DNA from: an uncultured virus (IMG/VR IMGVR_UViG_3300028195_000003)
Lineage: Duplodnaviria; Heunggongvirae; Uroviricota; Caudoviricetes
IMG/VR virus record: IMGVR_UViG_3300028195_000003
Length of the DNA: 64,000 nt
Direction: 5' to 3' (one strand)
Every line of letters starts with the position of its first letter. Position 1 is the first letter of the stretch. The notes under the pieces were generated by a model. That model saw only the letters and a program-made list of their open reading frames with translations. It was not told where the DNA came from and did not search any database. Below, piece after piece: positions 15,826 through 26,201 of the stretch. The position numbers were made by a program, and so were the translations under genes.

Positions 15826-16517
15826 CGGTCACCTCCATCGTACTTCCAGGTCTGCCAGCCATCACCCTTGCGCTCCACGGGCTCGAACCCGCAGGACGAC
15901 AAGATCTTCGAGGGACTGTCAACGCTGGTCGATAGGGTCGGACCGTGGAACACGACCCCGAAGCTACCGTTGTCTCCCATCGATGCGACTGGACGGACCA
16001 CGGTGTGCCCAAACCCCAGCTCTGCCCTGACTCTCTTCCAGACCAGCATCTGGCCCGGAGAGAGCGCCGCAGGGGACTGCTGAGGACGTCCAAGCCACCC
16101 GATACCGCGCTCCGTCATATCATTCAGCCACTTGTTGGGGACCGACCAGTAGCTGACGCTTCGCCCCCCGGAGACCGGACGATCTCGGACAGCCTCGTTC
16201 ACGATTCGAAGCGAGGTGGTGCCCCCCGGAGCGTGGTACTCGAGCAGGGCTTTTCCGCTGATCACGGACAGCACGACCCCTGGGCGGACACCGTTGTTGG
16301 AGTCGACCCCTACACGCTCCCCATGAGACAAGACACGGACCCCCTGGGAGAGCAGGAAGGCTACCCAGTGGGACTCGAGCCTCTCTCCGTCCATCGAGGC
16401 AGGACCCTGGACCATGTTCGAGTTGCCAGTAGGTCCCGTGAACAGGTACCGGCCAGCATCGAGACACAGCTCACACACGAGCCCATCGGCTTCGATGGTT
16501 CTGAGAACCTCGACCAT
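15822..16517 (-). CDS. Hypothetical protein
   Basis: 231 aa, GAGGAGG RBS, below promoter 16557-16585. Confidence 0.7.
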   Translation of the reverse strand: MVEVLRTIEADGLVCELCLDAGRYLFTGPTGNSNMVQGPASMDGERLESHWVAFLLSQGVRVLSHGERVGVDSNNGVRPGVVLSVISGKALLEYHAPGGTTSLRIVNEAVRDRPVSGGRSVSYWSVPNKWLNDMTERGIGWLGRPQQSPAALSPGQMLVWKRVRAELGFGHTVVRPVASMGDNGSFGVVFHGPTLSTSVDSPSKILSSCGFEPVERKGDGWQTWKYDGGDR

Positions 16518-16556
16518 CGATCCTCCTCGATGCCAGTGACCGTTTACATCGAAGAG

Positions 16557-16585
16557 AGACTAACACCTGCTACTGGTCGTAGCAA
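16557..16585 (-). promoter_or_regulatory. sigma70-like promoter with YAC-N5-GTR operator
   Basis: TTGCTA-17-TAGTCT containing TGCTAC-N5-GTAGCA. Confidence 0.7.
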
Positions 16586-16618
16586 GCGGCAATGACCCGA
16601 AGGCGGCCCCAGGATAGC

Positions 16619-17545
16619 CTATGACCGGGCTTCGCCAATCCTGGAAGCAACCTCGATCGCGGCCTCTATCGCCGAATCGTGCCATCCGATGCCACTGAAC
16701 GCAGCACCGCCCAGCTCCTCGGACCAGCTTCCCTGGAAGAAGACCCTCAGCTCATAGGAGAGGCCGTCCACACTGTCATCCACCATGATCACCTGGATCG
16801 TGTCGGAGCTTCTGTTGGTCAGACTGACGCCACAACCCATCGAGAAGGGCTCGCCTATCACGCCCAGGATCCAGCCCAGAGGAACCCTCTCCTCGAAGGA
16901 CTTCATCAGCAGGGCCCGGTGATCCGTGCGAGCGGCATCGATCGCCGAAGCAGCCTCGATCGCGGCCCCGACCGCCAAATCGTGCCATCCGGCTCCACTG
17001 AACACTGCACCGCTCAGCTCCTCGGACCAGCTACCCTGGAAGAAGACCCTCAGCCCGTAGGAGGGGTCGACCACACTGTCATCCGCCACGATCACCCGGA
17101 TCGTGTCGGAGCTTCTGTTGGTCAGGTCGACACCACACTTCCTCGAGAAGGTCTCACCCGTCATGCCAAGGATCCAGCCCAGAGGGACCTTCTCCTCGAA
17201 GGCCTTCATCAGCAAGACCCGGTGATCCACGATAGCGGCGTCGATCGCCGAAGCGGCGTCGATCATGTCCACGATCGCCCGCTCGATCCATCCACGGCCC
17301 TTGTAGGACTTGGTCCCGAGACCGTCCACCCATTGCCCGTTGTGAAAGACCTTGAGCACCCTGTCGGCACGTCTCACGTCGTGGGCCACGCCGATCAGCA
17401 GGACCGTGTCCGATCTGCTATTGATCAACTTGACTCCGTTCTCCTTGGCGCTGCTCGAGTCCGGGCCAACGGTCTCGATGCTCCAGCCAGAAGGAACCCT
17501 GGACCCCAGGGCCTCGACCATCTTCTCACGATCTTCTGTTCGCAT
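16619..17545 (-). CDS. Hypothetical protein with three ~101-aa internal repeats
   Basis: Repeated VPxGW...LxNxRSDT...LxVF..G.W...GW; DNA-level repeat at 303-nt offset; AGGAGG RBS. Confidence 0.8.
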   Translation of the reverse strand: MRTEDREKMVEALGSRVPSGWSIETVGPDSSSAKENGVKLINSRSDTVLLIGVAHDVRRADRVLKVFHNGQWVDGLGTKSYKGRGWIERAIVDMIDAASAIDAAIVDHRVLLMKAFEEKVPLGWILGMTGETFSRKCGVDLTNRSSDTIRVIVADDSVVDPSYGLRVFFQGSWSEELSGAVFSGAGWHDLAVGAAIEAASAIDAARTDHRALLMKSFEERVPLGWILGVIGEPFSMGCGVSLTNRSSDTIQVIMVDDSVDGLSYELRVFFQGSWSEELGGAAFSGIGWHDSAIEAAIEVASRIGEARS

Positions 17546-17834
17546 GAGGGAACCTCCTGGAGACTGCATATCACAAGACAGCACACGCTGTCACTCACCT
17601 CCGCCGAGGAACGGCAGCACGACGGGACCGAACAGCCCGGTGAGAGACAAGAACAAGCCCCAGGACCACATGTCCTCGTCCACGTCCACCGTCCCGGTGA
17701 CGAGCCAACGGATGATCCCCCACGCCCCGAAGATCAGAACGAAGACGAACGACACGCTCATGATTCGGGAACACCGGAGCGCATCTTCATGGCTCGAGCC
17801 CTGTCGCATGTACGGCCTCCTCTCTCCTGGAGAA

Positions 17835-17863
17835 GCCATATCCCACGCCACTGGTGGTGGCAA
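17835..17863 (-). promoter_or_regulatory. Promoter/operator motif copy
   Basis: TTGCCA-17-TATGGC with GCCAC-N5-GTGGC. Confidence 0.5.
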
Positions 17864-17877
17864 TGAAGTAGCGCCAG

Positions 17878-18282
17878 CTACTTCTTGGTTCCCCACGGTG
17901 TCAAGCAGTCATCGCCCACGCAGGTCCAGCTGCCCCCGTACAGCGGCTGCTGACCGTAAGGCTTGACCACGTCCAGCCTCTCCATGGCTTTGCCCCCGCT
18001 CGACAGAGTGGTCCTGTCGCCCTCTGGATTTGCCGAGAACCCCACGAACCTCTGTCCCCCGCTCCATGGAACGGTGATCGCAGCGATGTCTCCAAAGCTC
18101 TGCGCGATCTGCTGAGCCTGCAGCTTGACCTCGCTGGTGGCATGGGCGCCATCCTGGACCAGGACGCCCCAGATGTTCGTGCTGTTGATCCTGGTAGAGC
18201 TCACTCCGAAGCTGGACGCGAGCTTCGCCGCTGCCTGCTGAACACTCATTGCATGCCTCCTGTTACGGGAAGAGCATAGCAC
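17878..18282 (-). CDS. Hypothetical protein (start probably ~18249)
   Basis: ORF with AGGAGG upstream of MSVQQAA. Confidence 0.55.
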   Translation of the reverse strand: MLCSSRNRRHAMSVQQAAAKLASSFGVSSTRINSTNIWGVLVQDGAHATSEVKLQAQQIAQSFGDIAAITVPWSGGQRFVGFSANPEGDRTTLSSGGKAMERLDVVKPYGQQPLYGGSWTCVGDDCLTPWGTKK

Positions 18283-18285
18283 GAC

Positions 18286-18954
18286 TCATCCGACACGGCA
18301 GCGCATGACATAGGCCACGACCTCACCCTTGAACTGGCACTCGATGGGGGCATCGGCTCCAAGGCTCATCAGGTCACAGACCTGAACGATGAAACGAAGC
18401 CTGGCATCGACATGCACCACCCCACCATTCGGATCGCGCAAGACGACCCAGCGCGGAGCGTTCATACCTTCGTATCTCAGTGAGACGGGCTCGCTCACAG
18501 CGCGCACGCTCTCCTCCAACGTCCCTGGGTGACGACCCATCCAGGCACACGCTGAATCTCCGTTGACCCAGAACCCACCGGGGCGAGGAGCATCGTCCCT
18601 CACCAGGGCGATGCCATTGGTCGTCCAGCGGCGACCTCTCCAGGAGAACCACCTATCCTCCGGTGGCTCGTCCGTGACGAAGGCTGGAGACGGATCGTGG
18701 AGATCGACTCCATCAGATCCGAGCCGGAAATCTGGTGTCGATCTGGGCGATACCCCCAGCGGCCTGACCCGGAACGACGACTCGAGACCCGCATCGTCCA
18801 GATGCGTCTCGAACTCGTCTGCATGCTCCTCAGCCGTACGGGCCGCCGTCTCCATGTCCCAGTCTTCCGGCACGGCTACCGTGACGCGATGGGTGGCCCT
18901 TCCAGACCACACCACCTCGATCTCGATCTCGACAGACTTGTATCGATCTTCCAT
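18286..18954 (-). CDS. Hypothetical protein
   Basis: MEDRYK start directly below motif promoter 18962-18990. The longer ORF would overlap the divergent gene. Confidence 0.6.
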   Translation of the reverse strand: MEDRYKSVEIEIEVVWSGRATHRVTVAVPEDWDMETAARTAEEHADEFETHLDDAGLESSFRVRPLGVSPRSTPDFRLGSDGVDLHDPSPAFVTDEPPEDRWFSWRGRRWTTNGIALVRDDAPRPGGFWVNGDSACAWMGRHPGTLEESVRAVSEPVSLRYEGMNAPRWVVLRDPNGGVVHVDARLRFIVQVCDLMSLGADAPIECQFKGEVVAYVMRCRVG

Positions 18955-18961
18955 CCTGCAA

Positions 18962-18990
18962 TGGATAACCTGCTCTACTGACGGTAGCAA
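18962..18990 (-). promoter_or_regulatory. Promoter/operator motif copy
   Basis: TTGCTA-17-TATCCA with CTAC-N5-GTAG. Confidence 0.55.
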
Positions 18991-19048
18991 TGGACGAAGC
19001 AGCGGGAACGTCATGGAGACGGGCCGCCAGATCGGATAGGATGGGTCC

Positions 19049-21091
19049 ATGAACCTGTCCGCCACCATCGCTACCGCACCGGACATCAGGGCCAGACGTG
19101 GGGCCCTGCAGCAACTGCGGGGGCGCTTGGGTGTGCAGGAAGTCCGCGAGCCAGATGCCGTCGATCTGCTGAAACAAGCCATGGCCGCCAACCAGGGGTA
19201 CGAAGCGGAGATCTCCTGCCTGGTCCAGGCGCTGTTGCACTATGCCGAGGCCTCCGAGGGGAGCTACGAACACTGCATGAAGAGCTACGTCTCTGGTCAG
19301 CCCTGCGAGATCTCCTCGGGATGCTTCGACGGAGACGTCCCCGACCGATGGATTACCGGGCTCGAAGAGCTCATCCCATGGATGGTAGCCGACATCGTGA
19401 TCTGGGCCAAGAAGTACCCCGTGCTGGACAGGAGAGGGACCATCGGCCGGCTCATTGGCGCCTCACACCAGGGGGGCGACTACTCCGTCGACTGCTACTC
19501 CGACTTCGAGCACGGGTGGGGCCTGGCGATCATCGACGCTCCCCCGAACTGGGACGGCTTCATCCGTATCCGGGACTGGCTGCGAGGCACTGGCACCGAC
19601 TACCGTCAGATCCTCAACGACGACATCAGCCTCGATGCCGTCGCCGACATGGCCAACGACTGGCATGACGAGCGTTTCGTCGTGCTCGCTGAAGACGAGA
19701 TCACCTACCTCGAGTGGGATGGGCCTCGTCTGCTCGAGTGGGAAGACGGGTGGCACGTTGTGCAGCTGTCCACCCCAGAGGACCTGAAACAGGAGAGCGA
19801 CTCCCTCGGCCACTGCGTGGAGGGCTACACCAGAGAGCTGGCCAGCGACCAAGACAGGATCCTGAGTCTTCGGAGACCCGACAGCAAGCCAGTCATGACT
19901 GTGCATCAGCAGCTACAAAACTTCATGTTCACCCCAGAATCAGGCCTCGTCGGATCCCCTGGAGCAGGCAGCTTCTTCAGTGACGACCGACTCAGAAGCC
20001 CTACCAGGTCAGATGGTATCTGGTTCGCCAAGCTGTGGGTCGACCAGCAGGCGCTGGGGCTGCGCAACATGCGCCTGCTCGGGCGCTACCAGGACAAGGC
20101 CCTGCGCATGCTTCGCGACCCGCGTCTGGATGAGGCGCTGGACCAGGACGCTCCCAGGCCCTACGTCATGATGAACATCGACGGGCTCGTGCTGCTGTCC
20201 CCAGAAGACATCCTGCCCTACGCCCTGGACTACGAGAGAGGCACACTCGAGCGTCTTCCGATCTCTCCTTGGCTGTTGATGGAGATCAAGACCGACCACC
20301 ACCTGCAGATGTCGGAGCCATGGCACGACTTCCGACTAGATAACAACACCAGCGAGAAGATCGGCATCAAGATCTCTCCGATCAACAGCGGAGGCTTCGC
20401 GTCCATCCCGCACCACTGCTACCCAGAGGAGCTCGCCAAGATCGAGAACGTCGCGGGCCAGCTTCTGGACGACTCGTACACCAAGGAGCCGACCAGCTGG
20501 TTCGAGTGGGTGGTCGTCTTCGGCTACGACCTGAAGGCGACCCCCGAAGGGTGGAAGATCGCCATGCGCGCCAGCTGGGGTCCTCACTACGTCTTCAACG
20601 GCTGGTTCGAGACCCTCCCCGGTGAAGATCCCGAGAGGACGTCCGAGAGAGCATACAGGATGATCGGGATTGCCATTGGATCGGACACCGGCAACACCTA
20701 CGCTCCCGGCGGTACCGCCACCGTGAAGCTCGAGGGCTGGACGATCAGAGACACCCAGAAGGTATACGTCAGCACCAACCGCTACATCAAACGAGCTTCC
20801 ATCGGAGACAACCCCACGCTCGTCCCATTCGGGGAAGAACACGACGCGCTGTACGCTCCATGGAACGAGACGACCGTCAGGGAATCCGTGGCCGGAGCAA
20901 TGCAGATCGCCAGAGACGAGCTCGATAGAGACCACATCCAGCACGGCCGGACGGTGACCATGCACGTCCCAGGCATCGGACCCGAAGAGACTTGTGTCCT
21001 GCCACAGGTAGCGCAGCGCATCTACCAGCAGCTCGAGCAGGGCATCACCGCGGCTCATCTCCACACGGATCCCGAAGAACCCACAGGCTGA
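19049..21091 (+). CDS. PcfJ-domain-like protein
   Basis: ANDWH...WEDGWHVVQL...LKQESDSLGHCVEGY...ILSLR. Confidence 0.78.
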   Translation: MNLSATIATAPDIRARRGALQQLRGRLGVQEVREPDAVDLLKQAMAANQGYEAEISCLVQALLHYAEASEGSYEHCMKSYVSGQPCEISSGCFDGDVPDRWITGLEELIPWMVADIVIWAKKYPVLDRRGTIGRLIGASHQGGDYSVDCYSDFEHGWGLAIIDAPPNWDGFIRIRDWLRGTGTDYRQILNDDISLDAVADMANDWHDERFVVLAEDEITYLEWDGPRLLEWEDGWHVVQLSTPEDLKQESDSLGHCVEGYTRELASDQDRILSLRRPDSKPVMTVHQQLQNFMFTPESGLVGSPGAGSFFSDDRLRSPTRSDGIWFAKLWVDQQALGLRNMRLLGRYQDKALRMLRDPRLDEALDQDAPRPYVMMNIDGLVLLSPEDILPYALDYERGTLERLPISPWLLMEIKTDHHLQMSEPWHDFRLDNNTSEKIGIKISPINSGGFASIPHHCYPEELAKIENVAGQLLDDSYTKEPTSWFEWVVVFGYDLKATPEGWKIAMRASWGPHYVFNGWFETLPGEDPERTSERAYRMIGIAIGSDTGNTYAPGGTATVKLEGWTIRDTQKVYVSTNRYIKRASIGDNPTLVPFGEEHDALYAPWNETTVRESVAGAMQIARDELDRDHIQHGRTVTMHVPGIGPEETCVLPQVAQRIYQQLEQGITAAHLHTDPEEPTG

Positions 21092-21545
21092 CCTCGACAT
21101 GGGGTTTCTCCCCGACCGCAGCCCGCACGGTGTCGACCTTCCCCCTCACCGCCAGCCCGTCGTCCTTCAGCACGGGCGCACAGATCTTGCTACGCAACTG
21201 TAGACCATCTCCGACGCTCTTGGCGATGTTGTCCCAGTCGGGCTTGACCGGGGCGAACAGTCGCCCAGACAGGTCCCCACCTGGGGTCACCGGGATACGC
21301 AGAGCCACGGGGATGCTCTTGGGCCTGGCGACCACGGCCACGATGTCGAGCATGACCATGCGACGGATGGGGACGACGAGCCCGTCACGCTTGGCGGCAG
21401 CCCCGGCGATCCCAGCCACGTGCAGCTCATAGACCTTGCTCTTGGCGGCCTTGCGCCCCCGTCCCTTGGAGACCCGCACTGACTGCTTGCCGTGCGGATC
21501 TCCCGGGACCGAGAAGCTCATGACGAGCTCGAAGCGAGGATCCAC
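21045..21545 (-). CDS. rusA: RusA-like Holliday junction resolvase
   Basis: FSVPGDPHGKQ N-terminus and KPDWDNIAKSVGDGL...DD catalytic motif. Confidence 0.8.
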   Translation of the reverse strand: MDPRFELVMSFSVPGDPHGKQSVRVSKGRGRKAAKSKVYELHVAGIAGAAAKRDGLVVPIRRMVMLDIVAVVARPKSIPVALRIPVTPGGDLSGRLFAPVKPDWDNIAKSVGDGLQLRSKICAPVLKDDGLAVRGKVDTVRAAVGEKPHVEVSLWVLRDPCGDEPR

Positions 21546-21761
21546 GTCAGAACCTCGACGTCCTGGTCGCGTTCTCCACCGCGGCGATCAGGTCGTCGGC
21601 CGCGACGATGAGCTCCTCGAAGCCCGTGTCGATACACACCAACCCCCGGCCCCCCTCATGGCTCTTGACTCCGATCGTCTTGGGGGTATCGCCCTCGTCG
21701 AGCCTGTTGTAGCGGACCGAGCCGTCCTCCTCGAGAACGGTCACGGTGCAGTCCACGCCGA

Positions 21762-22580
21762 TCATCCTCGCCACCCAGGAGGTGCCGGGCATGGGGCCTG
21801 AGGGGTCTCACCCGGGAAAGCAGCAGCGGCCGGCATCGGGGCACCGGGCAGGGGCACACCCCAGCTGATCAGCTGGTCCTGGGTAGCATAGCGCAGCACC
21901 AAGACCTCGGAGGGCTGCTCCTGGCGACGGAAGGTGGTGGTCTTGGTGTGGAAAGCCGCGGCAGCACCATAGCCAGTACCCACCGACGGCACAGAGGCCG
22001 TCGTGCTCGTCGAGACGCTGTTGACCGACACCCTCCGTGTGACGCCCTTGGTGGCGGACTGGTGCGACAGGGTCTGCGGGTCACGGGACAGAGTGGACCA
22101 CTGAGCCCGCGGAAGACTCCCGGTCCCCTCGAACGGGTCAACCGTTCCATGACCACGGCAGATCCTCTGCTTCTGGAAAATCGCCGCCAACGGATCGGGC
22201 TTCTCGTCGAAGACCGCCACGCCGATGACGCCGAGATTGGTCGATCCGCGGCCGGTCTGCTCGGAGTAGCTCTCGCCCTGACCGGCGAAGGTGAAGTTGG
22301 CGACCTCCGATTCGCTCCGGCGCCAGCCAGGGATGGTGACGCTCTGCCAGGCCTCCAGCACGTAGCCGGGCCCGTCGTGGGTGGCGCCCTTGCCATCCTT
22401 GTCGACCTGAACCACGTTCATGCCATCGACGGTGGGGACCGCCAGCCTCCGGCTTGGGTGTGTGTTGGTCAGCCGAATCTGGTACTCTCCGTCCAGGGGC
22501 GCCATGACATAGTGCTGGCCGTTGTGGTGGACGGACTGAAGGGCACAGCCCCCTACGATGATCTCGACGCGCATGCTCAC
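21762..22580 (-). CDS. Conserved hypothetical beta-rich protein
   Basis: YQIRLTN...VDGMNVV...GYVL...IPGWR...F.F...SY...NLGVIGVAVFDE pattern recalled from a widespread uncharacterised family. Confidence 0.75.
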   Translation of the reverse strand: MSMRVEIIVGGCALQSVHHNGQHYVMAPLDGEYQIRLTNTHPSRRLAVPTVDGMNVVQVDKDGKGATHDGPGYVLEAWQSVTIPGWRRSESEVANFTFAGQGESYSEQTGRGSTNLGVIGVAVFDEKPDPLAAIFQKQRICRGHGTVDPFEGTGSLPRAQWSTLSRDPQTLSHQSATKGVTRRVSVNSVSTSTTASVPSVGTGYGAAAAFHTKTTTFRRQEQPSEVLVLRYATQDQLISWGVPLPGAPMPAAAAFPGETPQAPCPAPPGWRG

Positions 22581-22828
22581 TCCTCTTCGATCCTGGCGAT
22601 CAGGGCCGGGTTGTCGGGGCTGGAACCGACCGACGGACAGCTCCCGGGGAAGGCCCGGGCCACGCCTGGTGCGTGCCTCGGGAAGACCAAGATGCGATCC
22701 TCGCGCACCGCCTCGAGCAGTCCGTGGACCAGACCAGAGACGTGGACACCGCGCTGGGAGCAGTGGCTATCGAGCCAGCTCTTCAGCTCGGGGTCCATGC
22801 GCATGTTGAACGGGATCTTCTTGGCCAT
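22577..22828 (-). CDS. Arc/ribbon-helix-helix DNA-binding protein
   Basis: KIPFNMRMDPELKSWLDSHCSQRGVHVSGLVHGLLE. Confidence 0.7.
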   Translation of the reverse strand: MAKKIPFNMRMDPELKSWLDSHCSQRGVHVSGLVHGLLEAVREDRILVFPRHAPGVARAFPGSCPSVGSSPDNPALIARIEEE

Positions 22829-22874
22829 GCGCTCAATGTAACGACAAACGTCTTTACGTTATGTCAAGAGAATG

Positions 22875-23690
22875 TCAAGCCAGTGGCAGGTTCTTTCTTG
22901 GGCTCCGGATCTTGGCATGCCTGTCCAGAAATGCCACGTACTGGCCCGGCGTCTCGACCCGGTTCGATGCCCTGGCCCAGTCCGGGAAGAGCTTGTTCGG
23001 TGGCCACTGCATCGCGGCAGGAAGGAACACAGCCATGTACAGCGCCTGCTGACTCCCGAGCCTGCCCTGGAACTGGTTCAGGTAGTCGTAGACATAGCCC
23101 ATCTGCTCGATGAACCCCATCTTCAGGAAAATCTCCCTGCTCGCCTTCTTCTGGCTCAGGGTGTACTCATCGTCCCGACCCTCCGGCTTCATCCCGAGCA
23201 GCCACGGCGTGTTGGAGTACATGAACTGGATCAGGCCGACAGCGCTGCTGTTCGGGTGCTTGACAGACGGAGAGAAGGTCTTGTTCGTCTCGAAGTTGAT
23301 CAGGTTGGCCAGCCAGTAGGGGTGTGTGTCCAATGACAGCGCGACGTCCACGATGGACATGGCCCTGACCGCGTCCAGCTGAGGGTACGAGGCCTGGAGC
23401 TCACGGACCATGTCCACGATCTCATCCACCCAGTGAGAAACTTTTTCCCGATCGATAGCCATGGGAAGCCTCGCGACCAAAATGGATGGCTCGACACTGT
23501 GTCCGATCGCCTTCCGGACCACGTCAACAGCCCTGTCCCGTGGAGACTCGCCATCCCCAGCGGTCCCGAGCTGGGTCAGCGCCTCGTCAATACCGCCGAA
23601 ACTCTCGTCTCCCTCTGTCTTCTCTTCTTCGCGTCGCTGTGCGATGACCGCCAGCCCGAGAGCTCCGGCTCCAATGAGTGAGATGATCAT
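22875..23690 (-). CDS. Lytic transglycosylase-like protein with N-terminal membrane anchor
   Basis: LANLINFET...FSPS...AVGLIQFM lysozyme-fold motif; AGGAGG RBS before MIISLIGAG. Confidence 0.8.
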   Translation of the reverse strand: MIISLIGAGALGLAVIAQRREEEKTEGDESFGGIDEALTQLGTAGDGESPRDRAVDVVRKAIGHSVEPSILVARLPMAIDREKVSHWVDEIVDMVRELQASYPQLDAVRAMSIVDVALSLDTHPYWLANLINFETNKTFSPSVKHPNSSAVGLIQFMYSNTPWLLGMKPEGRDDEYTLSQKKASREIFLKMGFIEQMGYVYDYLNQFQGRLGSQQALYMAVFLPAAMQWPPNKLFPDWARASNRVETPGQYVAFLDRHAKIRSPRKNLPLA

Positions 23691-23772
23691 CAATCCTCCT
23701 GTCTGGATGAAGGGAACACACGATGGCGCTATTATGGTAGCACGTGCAAAACCCTCGAACGAGGAGAAGCAG

Positions 23773-24066
23773 ATGTCTGCATCCTGGTTGATCATACTCG
23801 GCGCTGGCGCCGCAACCGCCTGGGCCGTGACCCAGCCCAAATGGAAGGACAAGCTGAAGGGTGGCCTCGCCGACAAGCGCAAGCCGTCGGACTTCGACCA
23901 GCGCCAGCTGAAGAGAGGAATCAGGGTTGAGAGGGAACACACGAGCAACAAGAGGATCGCCACAGAGGTGGCGATGGATCACCTGACTGAGGACAAGGAC
24001 TACTACCGGAAGCTCGCCAAGATGGAGGGCAACGGTCACAGCAAGAAGAGACGCAAGAAGGGCTGA
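23773..24066 (+). CDS. DUF5661-like small protein with N-terminal anchor
   Basis: QLKRGIRVEREHT...EVAMDHLTEDKDYYRKL. Confidence 0.75.
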   Translation: MSASWLIILGAGAATAWAVTQPKWKDKLKGGLADKRKPSDFDQRQLKRGIRVEREHTSNKRIATEVAMDHLTEDKDYYRKLAKMEGNGHSKKRRKKG

Positions 24067-26198
24067 TGATCCCTATCGCCACCAGCCTCACGACATCTCC
24101 GACCGATCGATCCAGACGATCGGTCATGCACCAGCTGCGCGGGCGCATGGGGCTGGCCGAGGTCAAGCGCACCTCCGACCTGCGAGCTCGCTTTCTGTGG
24201 GCAGCACGGCAGTGGCCAGACATGCTCCCGCTATTGTCCGCGGCTCTCTGGTACGGCACAGGGTTCACGATCCAGAAGTTCGACCCGGTCCACATCCAGG
24301 AGATCCTCGGCGACAAGACCCCTGACGGATGGCGAAGGATGAACGTCTTCGTTCCAGAAGCCGGCGTCCGTCTCCCCGTGATGGAGACCGCGCTCCCATG
24401 GATCGCCAGGGAGGCCGCCAGGGGCCTGGGGTGGCGCTCCTTCGACTGGTGGGCCGTAGCGACCAAGCAGCTCGACTCGGGTCGCGACCCCAACGAGCGG
24501 ATCGCCGACCGGGCCATCTTCATCGACGCGGTCGAAGAGATCATCGCCCGTGGGGGTGGGTTCGCCGAAGGCCTGACGGATCTCGATGACCAGTTCCAGG
24601 TCGGTCGAGACGAGCTCGGCCGATACGATGCCCTCATCTCCATCCACAGCCCATCCGGGGAAACGCTGCCCACAATCTTCGACGCCAACTTCCGAAGCAC
24701 CAGGACCTCCCAGCTCGCTCGTCCAGTCATGGGAACCATCAATCTCATCCATGTCGACGACAGAGAGAGCTCCGACGAGATCGATGTCGCCAAGGCCATA
24801 GGAACGACCCTCGAGCTCATCTTCGACTGGGCCGTGGCCACAGGAACCGATCTATGGCCCTTGCGCTGGGACGAGGCCGTGGCGGCACAGCGGAACTGGC
24901 ACGACAAGCTCTCCGGCGGCAAGGGCTACAGAGAGACCGTTCCGGAAGCCGTGGTGCTGGCGCGCTGGCCCGATGGCGCCCACATCGACCGGCTGACCAC
25001 CAAGGAGCACCTGTCTTGGGAGGGGAGCTCCATGGGCCACTGCGTCGGAGGCAACATCGACCCTGATACCGGGATGGCCCCGGGGGACGGCCACCACTAC
25101 CAGATGATGCGAGACGGTGAGTCGATCTACCTCTCCTACCGGGGAACCGACGATGTCCCTGTGGCGACGATCCAGCTGTCAGTTCCCGGTACCGCATGGG
25201 ACGTCGAAGAGGGCGAATCACGAGAACTGGCCGAGGAGAGTAGAACAAGGCTCGTACAGGTCATGGGTCCCGACAACGAGCTGGTTCGGGACAACACCGC
25301 GGCATCGAGGATGAAGACCTTCCTGCAGAGGGCCGGTGTATCGGGCGTTGACCACAGTCACGACCTGTCCGCGGTCAACGATCCCATGATGAAGCTGCTG
25401 CAGCTGGCCCGTGAATACTCCATGGGCAACAAGCCGCTCGGAATCCTGACGGCCACCAACTTCTTCGAAGACGCCAAGCGAATGAGGATGTACACCGACG
25501 ACCTTCGAGACTACGACCGCACATACGACCAGGAGGCTCTCATCGACACCGTCTCCGAGATCGACTTCAGCGACTCGGACGATCCGGCCCAAGAGGCCTA
25601 CGACTACATCAGTGAGCGCATCACGGACTACGAAACCGACATCACGGAGCAATGGCAGAGCTACGTCGACAAGATCGCCGACATCACCAGGCGACTCAGT
25701 GCGGTCGGAAGACCCAAGCACAAACAGGACGTCATCACCGTAGACCAGAACGCAGAGTTCTCGTTCAACCTCCCTGCCTCTCTCTACGCGACAGACGAGT
25801 TCCCTCATGGTGGGCTGTACCAGTTCACGGCCACGACATCGACCAAGTACGGACGTAAGAGAAAACAGGACGAACTCCAAGTTCCCCACATCCAATGGGT
25901 CCTGGAGCTGGTGGAGCGAGTACCGCAGGACATCCCCGAACACCTGGACACCGCGAACGTCCAGAAGAGGATCGATGCGGGCTACCCACCGAAGTTCACC
26001 CGGACCGAGCTCGGCCGGGCGCGCATCACCGGGGACTCGCACAGCTGGATACCGACCCCTCCCTGGAGCCTGATGCTGCAGCACACCGGCATAGGTGCCC
26101 TCGCCCAGCAGGCCCTGGAGCACTTCGAGGCGGCTGGAGCCGGCATGGAAATCGAGCTTCCCGTGGAAGAGTGGCTGGAGCCTGTGCCGGTCAAGTGA
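24066..26198 (+). CDS. PcfJ-domain-like protein
   Basis: QRNWH...WPDGAHIDRL...EGSSMGHCVGG...YLSYR. Confidence 0.78.
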   Translation: MIPIATSLTTSPTDRSRRSVMHQLRGRMGLAEVKRTSDLRARFLWAARQWPDMLPLLSAALWYGTGFTIQKFDPVHIQEILGDKTPDGWRRMNVFVPEAGVRLPVMETALPWIAREAARGLGWRSFDWWAVATKQLDSGRDPNERIADRAIFIDAVEEIIARGGGFAEGLTDLDDQFQVGRDELGRYDALISIHSPSGETLPTIFDANFRSTRTSQLARPVMGTINLIHVDDRESSDEIDVAKAIGTTLELIFDWAVATGTDLWPLRWDEAVAAQRNWHDKLSGGKGYRETVPEAVVLARWPDGAHIDRLTTKEHLSWEGSSMGHCVGGNIDPDTGMAPGDGHHYQMMRDGESIYLSYRGTDDVPVATIQLSVPGTAWDVEEGESRELAEESRTRLVQVMGPDNELVRDNTAASRMKTFLQRAGVSGVDHSHDLSAVNDPMMKLLQLAREYSMGNKPLGILTATNFFEDAKRMRMYTDDLRDYDRTYDQEALIDTVSEIDFSDSDDPAQEAYDYISERITDYETDITEQWQSYVDKIADITRRLSAVGRPKHKQDVITVDQNAEFSFNLPASLYATDEFPHGGLYQFTATTSTKYGRKRKQDELQVPHIQWVLELVERVPQDIPEHLDTANVQKRIDAGYPPKFTRTELGRARITGDSHSWIPTPPWSLMLQHTGIGALAQQALEHFEAAGAGMEIELPVEEWLEPVPVK

Positions 26199-26201
26199 CC
26201 G

